NCBI GenBank assembly: GCA_025558095.1
Contig: JAIVFI010000031.1
Location: forward strand, 508,810-572,809
Direction of reading: 5' to 3'
From: Hyaloraphidium curvatum SAG 235-1
Lineage: Eukaryota; Fungi; Monoblepharomycota
Length of the DNA: 64,000 nt
Below the pieces are notes generated by a model that made no database searches, was not told where the DNA came from, and was given only the letters and a program-made list of their open reading frames with translations. The position numbers and the translations under genes are program-made. Each line of letters begins with the position of its first letter. Position 1 is the first letter of the stretch. Positions 34,301-45,529 of the stretch are shown here, piece by piece.

Positions 34301-36019
34301 CGCGACACGACGTAGCTTCCGACCCCGACCACGCCGTCTACCCGCTCTGCGTCGAAAAGCTGCACGTCCTTGGAGAGAAGGTAGAGGAAGAGGATCATCT
34401 GGCGGGGAGCGGGGTGCATGAGAGCGTCAAACATGCACGAATTCGCGCACACGGCCGCACGAACCATCAGATAGCCCTGCCCCGAAACGCAAACAAGGAT
34501 CAGCGTCTGCATCGACCGCACGGATGCGAGGTCGTTGGGCAGCTGGAAGAATATGGCGCCGATGAAGAGTGCAAAGATGGCGGACTCGCCAAAGATGCCG
34601 AACAGGGAGCCCTTGTCTCTCCACGTGTTGCGGTATCCGCGCCGCGTCATGGTGCTCAGCTCGACGAGGAACCTCGCGGCGGGGTTGGAGGCCGGCACTT
34701 GCTGCTCCTGCATGGTGGACTCGCGGTCGGGATGGTCCGATTTGACGTTGGCAGGGATGGCGCCGGCGAGGTCCCGCGCGGCGCGCTCCTTCCACACCGC
34801 GGCGAGCATCTCGAGCCGCTTCTTGCTCGCCTCCTCCGCGGCGGGAGAGCTGTAGTCGACCGACGAGAGGTCCAGGATCCAGTCGGCAATGTTGGTCTCG
34901 GGGTCCATGCGGACGCCGAGGAGGTCCTCGAAGTAGGTCCTGACTTCGGAGGCGGGCTGCGGTGAACGAGATCGGGTCAGAGCGGGCCTAGGCTTGTTAT
35001 ATGCATTCAGGCTCACCCCAGAGTAGACCAGGTGACCGCCCTTGCAGAGCAGAATCAGGTTGTCGAAGAGTTCAAACGAGCTGTACCGCGGCTGGTGGAC
35101 CGAGAGGATCACGGTGCGCCCGTCGTTGGCGATCGTCTTGAGCGTCTGCACGACCGCGGAGGAAGTGAACTGCAGGCAGAACGGTGAGCCTAAGCCAAAT
35201 TGAGCGAAAAGCAAACGCTTTGCGCACCGAATCCAGACTGCTCGTGGGCTCGTCGAGCAGGAGGAGAGAAGGCGAGGAGAGCAGCTGGATCGCGATCGAA
35301 ACCAGGCGGCGCTCGCCCGACGAGCAGCCGCGGGAGGACGAGCTCGTCGACGAGGGGTTTCCGACCATCGTGTCGGCACACTCCTTCAGGTTGAGCTCCA
35401 AGATCACGTCCTCCACGAGCCTATGCTTCTCCGCCGTCGCCATGCCTGTCGGCAGCCTGAGCTCTGCGTTGTACCGCAGCGTCTCGCGCACGGTGAGATA
35501 CGGCAGCAGCGTATCCTCCTGCCTGACGTAGGCGCAGCGTCCCCCGCGGCCTTTCTTGCGGAGGGGGACCACGTCGACCCCGTTAAACAGGATCTGGCCC
35601 ACAGGCCGGGCGGACCCCGAGAGCCGCGCGGCGATGGCGTTCAGCAGCGTCGTCTTGCCCGCACCGCTCGACCCCATGATCGCGGTGACCTTGCCCGCGG
35701 GTATCGCGGCGCTGACGTTCCGGACGAGGCGCACGGAGTCCCCTGCCGGGGGTGAGGCGGAAGCGGCGCCTGCCTCGAGCTCCACGGCGTCCGCCGCCCC
35801 GGGGCCGGCGGGTTTGGCGGCCTTGGCCTTGCCGTCGAGGCCGAGCTTCTTGGCGATTGCATTCAGCGGGCCCGATTCCCGATCCACGTCCACGGAGAGG
35901 TCCGCAAGCACGACGGTGGTCGGCGCGACGCGGAACCGCGGCGGGGCGGCCTGGCCCGCGGGCACCGTGGTCGCGGAGGTTTCAGAGGGGCTGGGCGGCT
36001 CGTCCTCGGCAGCGGACAT
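31386..36019 (-). CDS. Full-size ABCG transporter (NBD-TMD-NBD-TMD, YOL075C-like), about 10 introns
   Basis: NBD1: GSSGAGKT, CSSGE, LLLLDEPT, SVHQP. NBD2: GSGGSGK, ISGGEQRR, CLDEPAT. Two ABC2-type TMDs. Stop at 31386 after RLVYYGLLKLKMHRMVS. Confidence 0.92.
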
Positions 36020-36799
36020 GGCCGCGATTCAACAGCGACGGATCGAAACGTTCGAGCGAACAATCGCAGGCGTCACGCGCTGCACAGCCCACCGAGTTTC
36101 GCCTATATTCTGGGCCGCCCGGTGAAGCAAGGGCCAACTACCTCTGGAGGCTACGAGAGCCCCGCGAAGTAGCTGAATTCAACTCTGCGTACTCTTGCAT
36201 GCCGAACGGGCTCGAAGGGTTCATGAAGCACTTGGAACGCAGTTCCGGCTTCGGCGGCTGATGCTGTTTGCGAGTTATTGCGTACGGCCATCGTATCCGC
36301 GATTGCCGGATACACGCGGCGAGCGTCAATTACTAATGGATTTGTATCGACAGGCGTTGTACTGCCGACGGGATCAGTGCGCGCCACGAATCCGGGCGAC
36401 CGTCTCCGGTCGCGTGCTGCACATGCCCTCGAGCGCACGGCCACCGAGATTACTCGGAATCTCGGTGGTAGGCAGCACATGACAGGGTATCCCATTGGTC
36501 GAGACGTTGTGCCGTTTTCGAGTCGCTAGTCGCGGCGGTGGGCAGCCAACGACACCGAGGCCCAACTTAGACGCGTGCATGCCAGAGGTTGGCCAGAAGC
36601 AACGGTCTCCCAGTGTGGATCAGCAGGAGCTGGATGGCCTTCTTTCCTCCCGCGTAGCAGAAGTGCGTGCGATCGTGTTCGCTCTGACGGGCTGCGGGCT
36701 CGAGCATCGAACCGTCCTTTCTGGTCCCCTGCCACAGCGGCCCTCTCGCCGTCTGATATCGGACGGAAAGTGCCCAGACACTTTTCTCCCCTTTTTTGC

Positions 36800-37693
36800 A
36801 TGGCATCCCCTGCGCGGACGTGCCTCTGCGGCCTCCCCTTGGGCGAGCCGCGGACCGTCGCCAAGAACGGACCGAACCACGGCCGAAAGTTCCTCGGCTG
36901 CCCGCGCTTCAACACGGACGAGCACGAGGCTCGCTGCAAGTTCTTCGAGTGGGTCGACGGCGCGTCCGGAGCCCCACCTTCGTCGCGCGGCAGCCAGCCC
37001 ACCCCCGCCGCGTCCCCCGCGGCCCGCTCCGACCCCGACGCGCCGGTCGCCTCCACCGCCCATAAGTTCTACCGTACTCCGTCGCTTCCTGTTCCGCAAG
37101 AGCCGACGCCGCACCGCACGCTGCCCCAAACCACGCTGCCGTCCTTCGGCGCGCGCCTGGCCGCCCTCTCGCCGCAGTCGCCGACCCCCGCCGCCGCCGA
37201 CCCGCCCGCCTCGCCCCTCGCGGACGACGCCTACCTGACCCCGCTGGACGCCGCGCCGCCGTGGACGGGGATACCGCCCCCCGCACCGAAGAAACGGCCG
37301 CGCGAGGTCGACCAGACCCCGGACGTGCGCCCGCGGAGGCTGTTCCCCGAGGCGTTCGCCGACGGCGCGGACGAGGAGCCGTCGAACAACCCCGTCAGCT
37401 CCACAGAGACTAAATGGGCCGACAGGGCCGGTGGGAGGGTCAAGGTGACCAACATTGGGGTACAGACGCCCCGCTCGTTCGCCCGCGCGGGCATGACCGC
37501 CGAGGACGCGGTGGCGGTGATCAGGGCCATGGAGCAGGAAGCGACGCGGAAGGAGCGGCAGCTCAAGGCCGCCAAGAAGCGAATCGACGCCCTGCTAAAA
37601 GACAGAAACGGGGGCGGATCGCTGGCGACAACGCAGACCGACAGCCCGGACCGCGATTTAGCAAAGTGGGACGTGTTCGGCTTCGGAAGCTGA
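36800..37693 (+). CDS. GRF zinc-finger protein with disordered middle and C-terminal coiled coil
   Basis: CLCG...TVAKNGPNHGRKFLGCPR...CKFFEWVD. Confidence 0.85.
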   Translation: MASPARTCLCGLPLGEPRTVAKNGPNHGRKFLGCPRFNTDEHEARCKFFEWVDGASGAPPSSRGSQPTPAASPAARSDPDAPVASTAHKFYRTPSLPVPQEPTPHRTLPQTTLPSFGARLAALSPQSPTPAAADPPASPLADDAYLTPLDAAPPWTGIPPPAPKKRPREVDQTPDVRPRRLFPEAFADGADEEPSNNPVSSTETKWADRAGGRVKVTNIGVQTPRSFARAGMTAEDAVAVIRAMEQEATRKERQLKAAKKRIDALLKDRNGGGSLATTQTDSPDRDLAKWDVFGFGS

Positions 37694-37812
37694 TGCCATC
37701 TACGTTGCACTTGAACGATGTTTTGATTTCCACAACCACTTGGAACGAATGACACTCTTGCTCCCGCGTTGGAACCCTGCCATAGCTGCCTCCTCCCCTA
37801 TCCGGTCCGACC

Positions 37813-39019
37813 TCACAGCTTGGCTGCCGCCTTGCCTTCCTCCATATCTTTCCGAACCAACCAACGGTACCCGCCCGGCACTCGGGGGTCGACGCTGCGG
37901 AGCGGGTTCATGCCATCCACGTTGCCGACTGCAATCCGGTTAGCCAAATGGCAGCGCTCAAGCAACGGATCGACTCACTGTTCGGCGGGTGAATCGAGCT
38001 GCAAACGACAACCACAATATCAAGCAAGCGGTAGTCTGTGGAATCGCGCGGACTCACTATCCTAACAACCCCTGCAGCCTCGGCGGCAGCCTCGCCGCCT
38101 GCGCCGGGCTCAGGCTCCCAAAGTTGTTCTCGATCGTCCGCACGTACGGCTCGCCGTAGTAGGCGATCGTGCCGAGCCGCGGGTTAGCCGAGTTGTTGGC
38201 CCCGCCGGCGTGCCAGACCGTCGAGACGAAGAGCGCGACACTTCCTTTCGGCATCACCAGGCGGACGACCTCGTCCCGCGCGGGGTCGGGAAACCGGTCG
38301 GGACCCCATTTGTGGCTGCCGGGGATCAGGTGCGTCGCGCCGTTTTCCTAAGACGCCGAAGCAACGTCAGGAGGACGGGAGGAAGGGGAGACGCGGGTGG
38401 GCGCACCAGGGTGAAGGCGTCCAACGCCCAGAAGGCGTTGACCCCCGTGTGCCGCCGCGGTCGGGGAACCATAAACCACCCGTCATCCGTGTGGTACGCC
38501 TGCGCATCCTCTCCAGGCTGTAACTCGATCGCCTGTAGCACCGGGGCCGTCACATCACCCCCCGCGGAACGCATCCCGGCGGCCCGACCCCACCTGGCAC
38601 AGCGACAGTAGGTAGTTCGGATGCAGCATGCAGTCCATGATCTTGATCACCCGCGGGTGTATCAGCAGCCGGTCCATCGCCGAGGTCTTGCCGACCAGCG
38701 CCTGCGTCCGCCTGCTTTTGAGCCCCTCGAACTTGTTCCTCCCCAGCGGCCTGTGCAGCTCCCTTATCGCCGCCGCGACCCCGTCCGCCTCCTCGGGTGA
38801 AATCACGTTCTTCAGAACAACGAAGCCGTCCCGCTCCAGGGCCTCGACGGCGGCCGCGGTCTCGGGGTCCGAGGGGCGCAGCGGGCTCTGCGAGCCGAAG
38901 GCGTCGCGGATGACGGGGTGCAGCGGGTTCAGGGCCGTGCGCTCGGAGGAGGCGTCGAGGGAGGAGCGGATGCGGTCGCGCGTGCGAGCGAACTCGGGGG
39001 CGTCGGCGTTGGCGGCCAT
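37813..39019 (-). CDS. Phytanoyl-CoA dioxygenase (PhyH) family Fe/2OG dioxygenase with PTS1; 4 introns including a ~20-nt microexon
   Basis: LERDGFVVL, HTD, ENGATHLIPGSH, VWHAGGAN and R. The spliced end reads YSIHPPN-IGNVDG...AAAKL*. Confidence 0.88.
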
Positions 39020-39282
39020 GGCGGGGCGGCCGGCGGTGCAGCGGGGTAGGGAGAGCGTTTTCGGCACGGTCGGCGCCTCGCAAATCGTCCGCCTCGGTCG
39101 GAAAGGCGCGGTGCGCGAGGGAGACAAGAGGTGTGGGAGGTGGCAAATGCCCCGGCGACGAGCTGAAGGAGATCGAACAACGGAAGAGGAGTTCGCTGCA
39201 CGACCATCGGCGAAAACGACGCAGAATCAAGATCAACGAGCCTACGACCATGCTACTAGCCCCAAAATCCGCATCCTGCTCC

Positions 39283-40078
39283 TCAGCCCTCGACGACGAA
39301 CCAATCCACTCCCACGACGCCCATCCCCTGCCCCTCTGCCCACCCCCACACGTCCCAGCGGCCCCTTCCGCCGGGTATCGCCTCCTCAGCCGTCCCTTCG
39401 AGCAATACGGCGACGTAGCGGTGCGCGCCGGTGCCCTTGGGGGGGGTCGGAGGCGCCCAGGGGGTCAGTTCGGCCGAGTGGTGCGAGGAGGAGGAACGGT
39501 GCAGGTTCGAGAGGACGAGGTGCCTCCATTGGGGGACGGGGGTGGAAGGAGGGTTGGGGTTGCGGCGCGGGGCATCTGGAAAGACAAGAGGATGAGGGCG
39601 GAATTTCGAGACTCGGGCAGGCGAGAGTGCTCACCGGGATCGACGAAGGCGAGCGTAAACCGCTTCTGGTCCTCGTCGGGCGAGCCGTAGTCCGGCTGCG
39701 CGAGGGTCCACGAGAAGTGCGGCATGTCGTGGCCATCTTGTTTCGGAGAAGAGATCAGCCAAGGGCCGCGAGACGTCGGGAAGCGGTTGCCAAGGACGGA
39801 CCTTCCCGTTGGACGCGGTTGCCGTCGCCCGCATAGTCGCCGTTGGCAAGCTTGATGCTCAGCTTGTACCGCAGGTCGACACGGTCCATGGCTCCGTACG
39901 GAATCACTTCAATCAAGAGGCACTTCAGCCTTCGTCGCTGCCGCGAGCCGGTTCGCCCACCGTCCGGGATGATCCCCGCGGCCTCGAGCTGCTTTGCCCG
40001 GTGCTCCCGGAACCCTTCGCCGCGCACGTTGGAGGCGAGCGACATCGCGATGACGAGGAGGGCGAGGATGGCAGACAT
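39283..40078 (-). CDS. Secreted phosphatidylethanolamine-binding protein (PEBP), multi-intron
   Basis: Signal peptide, FTLAFVDP|DAP, WRHLVLSNL, PPTPPKGTGAHRYVAVL, ending WFVVEG*. Confidence 0.82.
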
Positions 40079-40362
40079 TGCGGAGCAGAAGTTGCTGGCG
40101 TGTCGGCGGTGAATCATCGCGCGCCGAGCGCGGATTGCCGCGCCGCGGCGGCGGCCCGCGACGTCCCGGAACCGGAAAGCGAGGGCTCAAAATTGCTCCG
40201 CTCGAACGAGCCTTCCGGCGACTTCACGGCCGTTTTCGATGCGCGCCTTGGGGACCTCTCAGAGGCGCCCCGGCGCCGGCGACCGCGCGGTGCAACTCTC
40301 GCCGGCGCGTCTCCCACGTTCTTCTTTTCGCCGGAACCGTCTCCCACGATCTTGTCGCGTCG

Positions 40363-41226
40363 ATGGCCCCTCAAGTGACTGCGATTCCGCCGGGCGATGG
40401 CCGCTCCGTGCTGATTGTCACGGCGCACGCCGACGATGCGGCTCTCTTTCTGGGAGGCACCGTCGCGATGTGGGCGGTCCGGGGCTGGCGCGTCGTCCTC
40501 GTGCGCGTGACGGACGATCGCTGGGATTCCGTCGGCATCCCGGAGAAGGAGACGATCGAGGCGAACCGTCGCGAGTTTGAGGCGGCGGCCCGCGTCCTGG
40601 GTGTCGCCGAGACGGTGCACCTCGAGTACCCGACCGACACGCTCGGGGACGCGTCCGAGGTGCAGCTGCGGGAGAAGATCATCCGACTAGTGCGCACCCA
40701 CCGACCGTACGCGTTGGTCACGTTCGACCCGTACTCGCACTACGGGGAGGACAACTACGATCACAAGCTCGTCGCGGGCGCGACGGACGAGGCCTTCTGG
40801 ACGAGCCAGTTCGACAAGCACCACCCGGAGCATCATGAGCAGGGGCTCAAGCCTCATGGCTGCTTCGAACGCTGGTATTTCGGACGGAGGGTGACGGAGA
40901 TTACCGACGTGATCGACATTTCGGAAACACTGGACCGCAAAGTCGAGGCGGCGAAATGCCACCGAACCCCTATGCGCAATTTCGTGAACCAGCTGCGGCT
41001 ACAGGCCGACACGGGCGGATGGGACGTTCCCCTGTTGGACGAGGCCATGAAGGACGACGAAAAGCTGGACGCGCTGGTCGGGATGCTGTTCAGGGCCGGC
41101 AGCGAAAGAACGGGAGCCAAGTACGAGCTGCCGGCGGCCGAGGAGTTTCGGGTGGTTCGATTTGGAGGGCTACAAGGTCTGCTCGACATGTTCGGCGTAA
41201 AGCGTGCACAACAAGATCGTGTGTAG
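40363..41226 (+). CDS. PIG-L/LmbE-family zinc deacetylase, bacterial type, intronless
   Basis: VLIVTAHADD, GGT, E..AA..LGV, LVTFDP, NYDHK, DISETLDRKVEAAKCH and AEEF. Confidence 0.88.
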   Translation: MAPQVTAIPPGDGRSVLIVTAHADDAALFLGGTVAMWAVRGWRVVLVRVTDDRWDSVGIPEKETIEANRREFEAAARVLGVAETVHLEYPTDTLGDASEVQLREKIIRLVRTHRPYALVTFDPYSHYGEDNYDHKLVAGATDEAFWTSQFDKHHPEHHEQGLKPHGCFERWYFGRRVTEITDVIDISETLDRKVEAAKCHRTPMRNFVNQLRLQADTGGWDVPLLDEAMKDDEKLDALVGMLFRAGSERTGAKYELPAAEEFRVVRFGGLQGLLDMFGVKRAQQDRV

Positions 41227-41258
41227 CGACGAGAGACATAGATAAACGATTTGGTGAA

Positions 41259-43206
41259 CTAGTAGTGCTCCCACCATCCCTCCCACGGGTGCGAGATCCT
41301 GTACCCGCCGCGCCCGTCGATGACGCCCATGTCGTCTAAGTCCGCCACCAGCTCGGCTGCCTCCGCGGGCGTCGCCGCCGCGCGGTAGTCCCTGGCCGTG
41401 CCCTCCTCGAAATGGCGGTGCTCGAACCACTGGATGCCCCGCAGCAGCGGCATCTTCTTGAAAGTCTCGGGGTTGTACACCTGCCGCCGCCACAGGTGCA
41501 TCAGCTGGCCCCGGTTGGGACCCGTGGCATTGGCGGCGGTGAAGTAGGCGGCCGAGGTCTCGAACACGAAGAGGGGAAGGTTCTCGCGCTCGGCGAGCTG
41601 GTAGATCCCGTGGCCGTTGGTCCCGTAGGTACCCAGCAGGGCATCCGCGAAGCGCGTTGGCGGCGGAACCTCGTTGACGCCCCACGGAAACTCGATGCCG
41701 TAGAAGTACAGCGAGATCCCGATCCAATCCACGTACTCGCGCCCCGGGAAGTAGGGCGTGTACGGGTTGTCCGTCGGATCCAACACCCCGTTGCCGTTGG
41801 TGTCCAGGAGCGGGTCGTAGGCGAGCGCGTCGCTCCAGTAGACATTGGCGCTGTTGAGCAAGAGGGCGACCGCGGTCTGTTTGGTGCGCCTCTTTATGGC
41901 GAGCGAGGTTGCCCGGAAGAAGGCCGTGTAGTTGGCAGGCTGGTGGCCATACTTATACCCTGGACGGATGTCAGCATGCTCCAGTGGCAGAGCTGGACAG
42001 AAACTCACAGAAGCCGTTCGGCTCGTGCCCGAGGGTAACGACCACGCCGACGCCACGAAGATTGACCTGCCGCATGCACTCAGCCAGGCCCTCCATCGCA
42101 TACGGCGTCACCCTCGCCAGCCCCTCGGCGGGATCGCCCGGGCTCGCGGGTTCGTTGGGCATGGCAAAGAGGTTGAAGATCGGCGGATCCGTGGCGTTCA
42201 CCTCCAGCAGCTGCGATGCCCACTGGTGGATGAGGTCCGCGCGGGGAAACCCGCGTCCAAAGACAATGTACGAGTTCCAGAGCGTCGGGACGACATTGCC
42301 GGCCAGCTTCTCGACGTAGCCTTTTGGCGTTTCCTCCATCCAGTCGATTGAGGCGCCGTAGTGGAACTTGCCGGCCCCGGGATCGAACAACGTGAGGCCC
42401 CTGGGCGGATCCGACGTACAGTTGGCGAGCGGGGAACCCAAAAGCACGACGTCCTTGATGTAAACCTCAGCGTTGGGCGGGAAGCCTTCAAAGGCGATGT
42501 GGGAGAGCCTGGGGTGGTAGTTGTCGTCGCCGTAGATCTTTCCGAGGTCCACGTAGACATTCTCCGTGAAGAGCGTCGACGTGGTCGCCGTTTCCGAGAT
42601 GTTCGGGTTGACGCCGACGAATGTCGTCTCGCCGTGACGGACCGGATACCAATAACTTATGCCCGGTGCCGGCGGCGACGTGGAGTTGTCCGACGAAGCA
42701 TTGACCGAGGACGGGCAGTTCCCCGTCAAGAAGCTAACGCCGTAGTTGACGTTCCAGGTGGTCGTGATTGTGAAGGCGAGCGCGGAGAAGTTCCGCATCG
42801 GGATTCGGCAGTTGAGTGGCGTCAGGAACCACGCCTTGCCTCCCGCAGTCTTGGGTTCAAGCTTCAACGCCCTCGAGGCGCCCGCAAGGTGATAGGTGCC
42901 GGCCACGGCGTCGTCCGCGGGCGCCGACGCCAGCCTCATGTCCGAACCGTCGCGGGAATAGACCCACGGCAACCCAAGGCGGTTGGTGACCTGGGAAGGC
43001 GAATCCGATCCCGGCGACGAGGGAGGGGCGTAGTCCGGGAAGCTATCGAGGATGAAGTCGCGGCAAGGCGCGGCGGCCACGAGCGAGAACCCTGCGGCAG
43101 CGAGGGACGCGACCGCGACAGCGGCGAGCGTCACGCGGGCCAGTGTCCGAGCCTTGGCCGACGACAGCGCAGGCTGTGGTCCTCGCCGACCCCGGCTGGA
43201 GCGCAT
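41259..43206 (-). CDS. GH26-like glycoside hydrolase with N-terminal signal/anchor and accessory domain; intron 41960-42008
   Basis: GHEPNGFW (acid/base), YFPGREYVDWIGISLY, PLFVFETSA (nucleophile) and IQWF. Confidence 0.8.
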
Positions 43207-43857
43207 CGTGGCCTATAAACGCCGCTATGGGCCCCCGGGACGCTGTCCGGATTTGTCGAGTCTAGTGTGGCTGGTTGACTTCGTTGCCGACCCGGAATGG
43301 CAAGAAGAGACGATACCTACTCGACAGTTCGCTACGACGCAAAGCGCCAAATTCATCAGATTGCTGCTTTCATTGTTAAGATGCGAGCCCCGGCACTTGA
43401 ACCACGATTGTGGGAGAGACTCTAAGGTCTCATCCTCCTGTCTTCGGCTCGGACTCCGCCAGACAAACGCTAGATAAGAGACGGATGGATGTGCTCCTTG
43501 TCGACCTTATGCTTTTCCGAGAGCTTTGCTGGCCGGAAGCTCCTGCTTGCGATCGCTCAATAGCTACGATCTCGGCTGATGCACGGACGGTCCTGTCCGC
43601 TTCGGCGCAAGAATCTGGCCACTCGTGATCCGGGTACCTCGCTCAGAGAGTTCGCTTTCCAGTGCAAGCCGTAGAGATCCCTCTGCGATATGAGAAAGGG
43701 GTTGGCGGGAGACAGGTTCAATTGAAACAGGAGCCCGTTGCATCTCGTCCGCCTCCTCGCCGCTGTCCCCGGGCAACGCGAGAACTCACGTCACTCTCCA
43801 CGCGAAAGAAGCGACGGAACACGTGAAGCCGGACCGCCTGCAGCAACGTGACCAGCG

Positions 43858-45354
43858 ATGGTGTTCTCGCCGGCGGAGCAGCTCTCGCTCTTCCCGGCTC
43901 TGGGGCAGCCTGTGCCCGACGCGGCGCCATGGCTCTGCGCCTCGCGTGCCGAGCGGGACGCGGCCGAGGCCGGACGCACGGCCCGGCCGCTGACGGTTCG
44001 AGGGCTGCGCGCCGCACTGGACGTTGTTCCCCCGCTCGGCACGCTGTTAGCGCTCGCCGAGGCGCTCCGCGATGCGGTCGGACGGCTGGCGGTGCGGCTC
44101 TTTGCCTACGACGTATTTCAGCTGGCCGTGTTTGCGTTCCTGTGGGCGTACGGCTTGCCGCTGTTCGGAGCCCGCAACCTGGCCGCCGCACAGGCCGCGC
44201 ATGTAATCAGGGTGGCCGGCTGGACTTTACCTATGTTTACCGTGGGCGTCCGCATGTGGTCCTTGCGCGACGCGACGGGGCACGCCGGAGAGCCGACAGT
44301 CGACGGCCACGGCTATGCTGGGCTTGCCAGATATGTTCAACTGACAGGACTGGATCGAGGCACATCAGGAGCCAAGGACGACCCGGAGAGTTCTGCTGGG
44401 CAAGCAGGCGCCTTGCTTGAGCACGACCCGGCAGACGACCTCTGCCCATGCCCAGTCTGCGCTCGCAGTCTGCTCGGGCGAAGCCGGACTTTCCTTCTGG
44501 GGCTTCTGGCCATAAACTTCCCATTGCTATCATTTGCTTACGTCCTCGCGGTGCTTTGGACGCCAGCAGTTACACTAGCTCCATCAGTGTGGGCTTCCGC
44601 GTGGTCGATTGGCCTGTGCGCGGTCTGTGCGGCCATGATCTTTCTACTTCTCGAGATGCAGATTCCCGTAGCATCCGCCGGCGTCCGCAACGTCAATACC
44701 TTGGATCTCGAGCTCCGCCTTCGGCACCGCGCCGTCACAATCGCCCTGGACGACCTGCATTCCCGGCTCGCCCTCGCCGCATCTGTCGAGCCTGAGTCGG
44801 AACCCATCCTCCCACGCATCGACGAGGAGCCGTACGTGTCGCTGCACGGCCAGCTACTGTCGTCCTGGCGCACCGGCGCTGCCGACTTCTCTGCCCAAAA
44901 CCGCGTGCACCTATCCGCCCTCGGAACGGAAGCGTTGGCCGCCATCATCTGCGCCGCGGCTGGAACATGCATCCCAGCAACCTACGTCGCTGGAGCCGCC
45001 TTCTGCCTCTGGATGCTCGCCCTCGCCGCGTACGGGGTCGCCGCCCGCAACCAGCAGCCCGAACGCGCCGCGGCACAGTACCGCACCGTCGCGCAGGAGC
45101 TCCTCGTGCTCTCCGCCTCTGTCCCCGCCGGCCGCGAGCGTCTCCGTGGGCTACTCGCCGCGCACGGGGGCATGCTGGCCTCTTTTGCGGGGCAGGAGGG
45201 GGCCAGGGCGAGGTTCTTTGGCGCCCACGTGACGTTCGGGTCCCTCAGGGGCTTGTTGGTGGGCTGTTTCACCGTCTTGGCGGGCTTATGGACGCTGCTG
45301 CGGGCCGCGGGCGTCGGGTTGACGATGGATTTGGCATGTAGGGCGCCGAGCTGA
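43858..45354 (+). CDS. Intronless multi-pass membrane protein of unknown function
   Basis: 498-aa ATG ORF with about 7 hydrophobic segments and a CPCPVC motif. Confidence 0.65.
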   Translation: MVFSPAEQLSLFPALGQPVPDAAPWLCASRAERDAAEAGRTARPLTVRGLRAALDVVPPLGTLLALAEALRDAVGRLAVRLFAYDVFQLAVFAFLWAYGLPLFGARNLAAAQAAHVIRVAGWTLPMFTVGVRMWSLRDATGHAGEPTVDGHGYAGLARYVQLTGLDRGTSGAKDDPESSAGQAGALLEHDPADDLCPCPVCARSLLGRSRTFLLGLLAINFPLLSFAYVLAVLWTPAVTLAPSVWASAWSIGLCAVCAAMIFLLLEMQIPVASAGVRNVNTLDLELRLRHRAVTIALDDLHSRLALAASVEPESEPILPRIDEEPYVSLHGQLLSSWRTGAADFSAQNRVHLSALGTEALAAIICAAAGTCIPATYVAGAAFCLWMLALAAYGVAARNQQPERAAAQYRTVAQELLVLSASVPAGRERLRGLLAAHGGMLASFAGQEGARARFFGAHVTFGSLRGLLVGCFTVLAGLWTLLRAAGVGLTMDLACRAPS

Positions 45355-45529
45355 ACCACCTGACATGGTATGGCGAGCAGCCGGTGACATCCAGTCGATC
45401 TAAGCTCAGTCACCTTTCTTTTACGGCAGCTTTGGTGTGGGTCGGCCAAACGGCCAGTTGGTCCGACCCCGGCCCGACACGTTTCCCAAATTCTGACGCC
45501 CTCTGCGGCCATCGCAGCCCCGACGTCCA

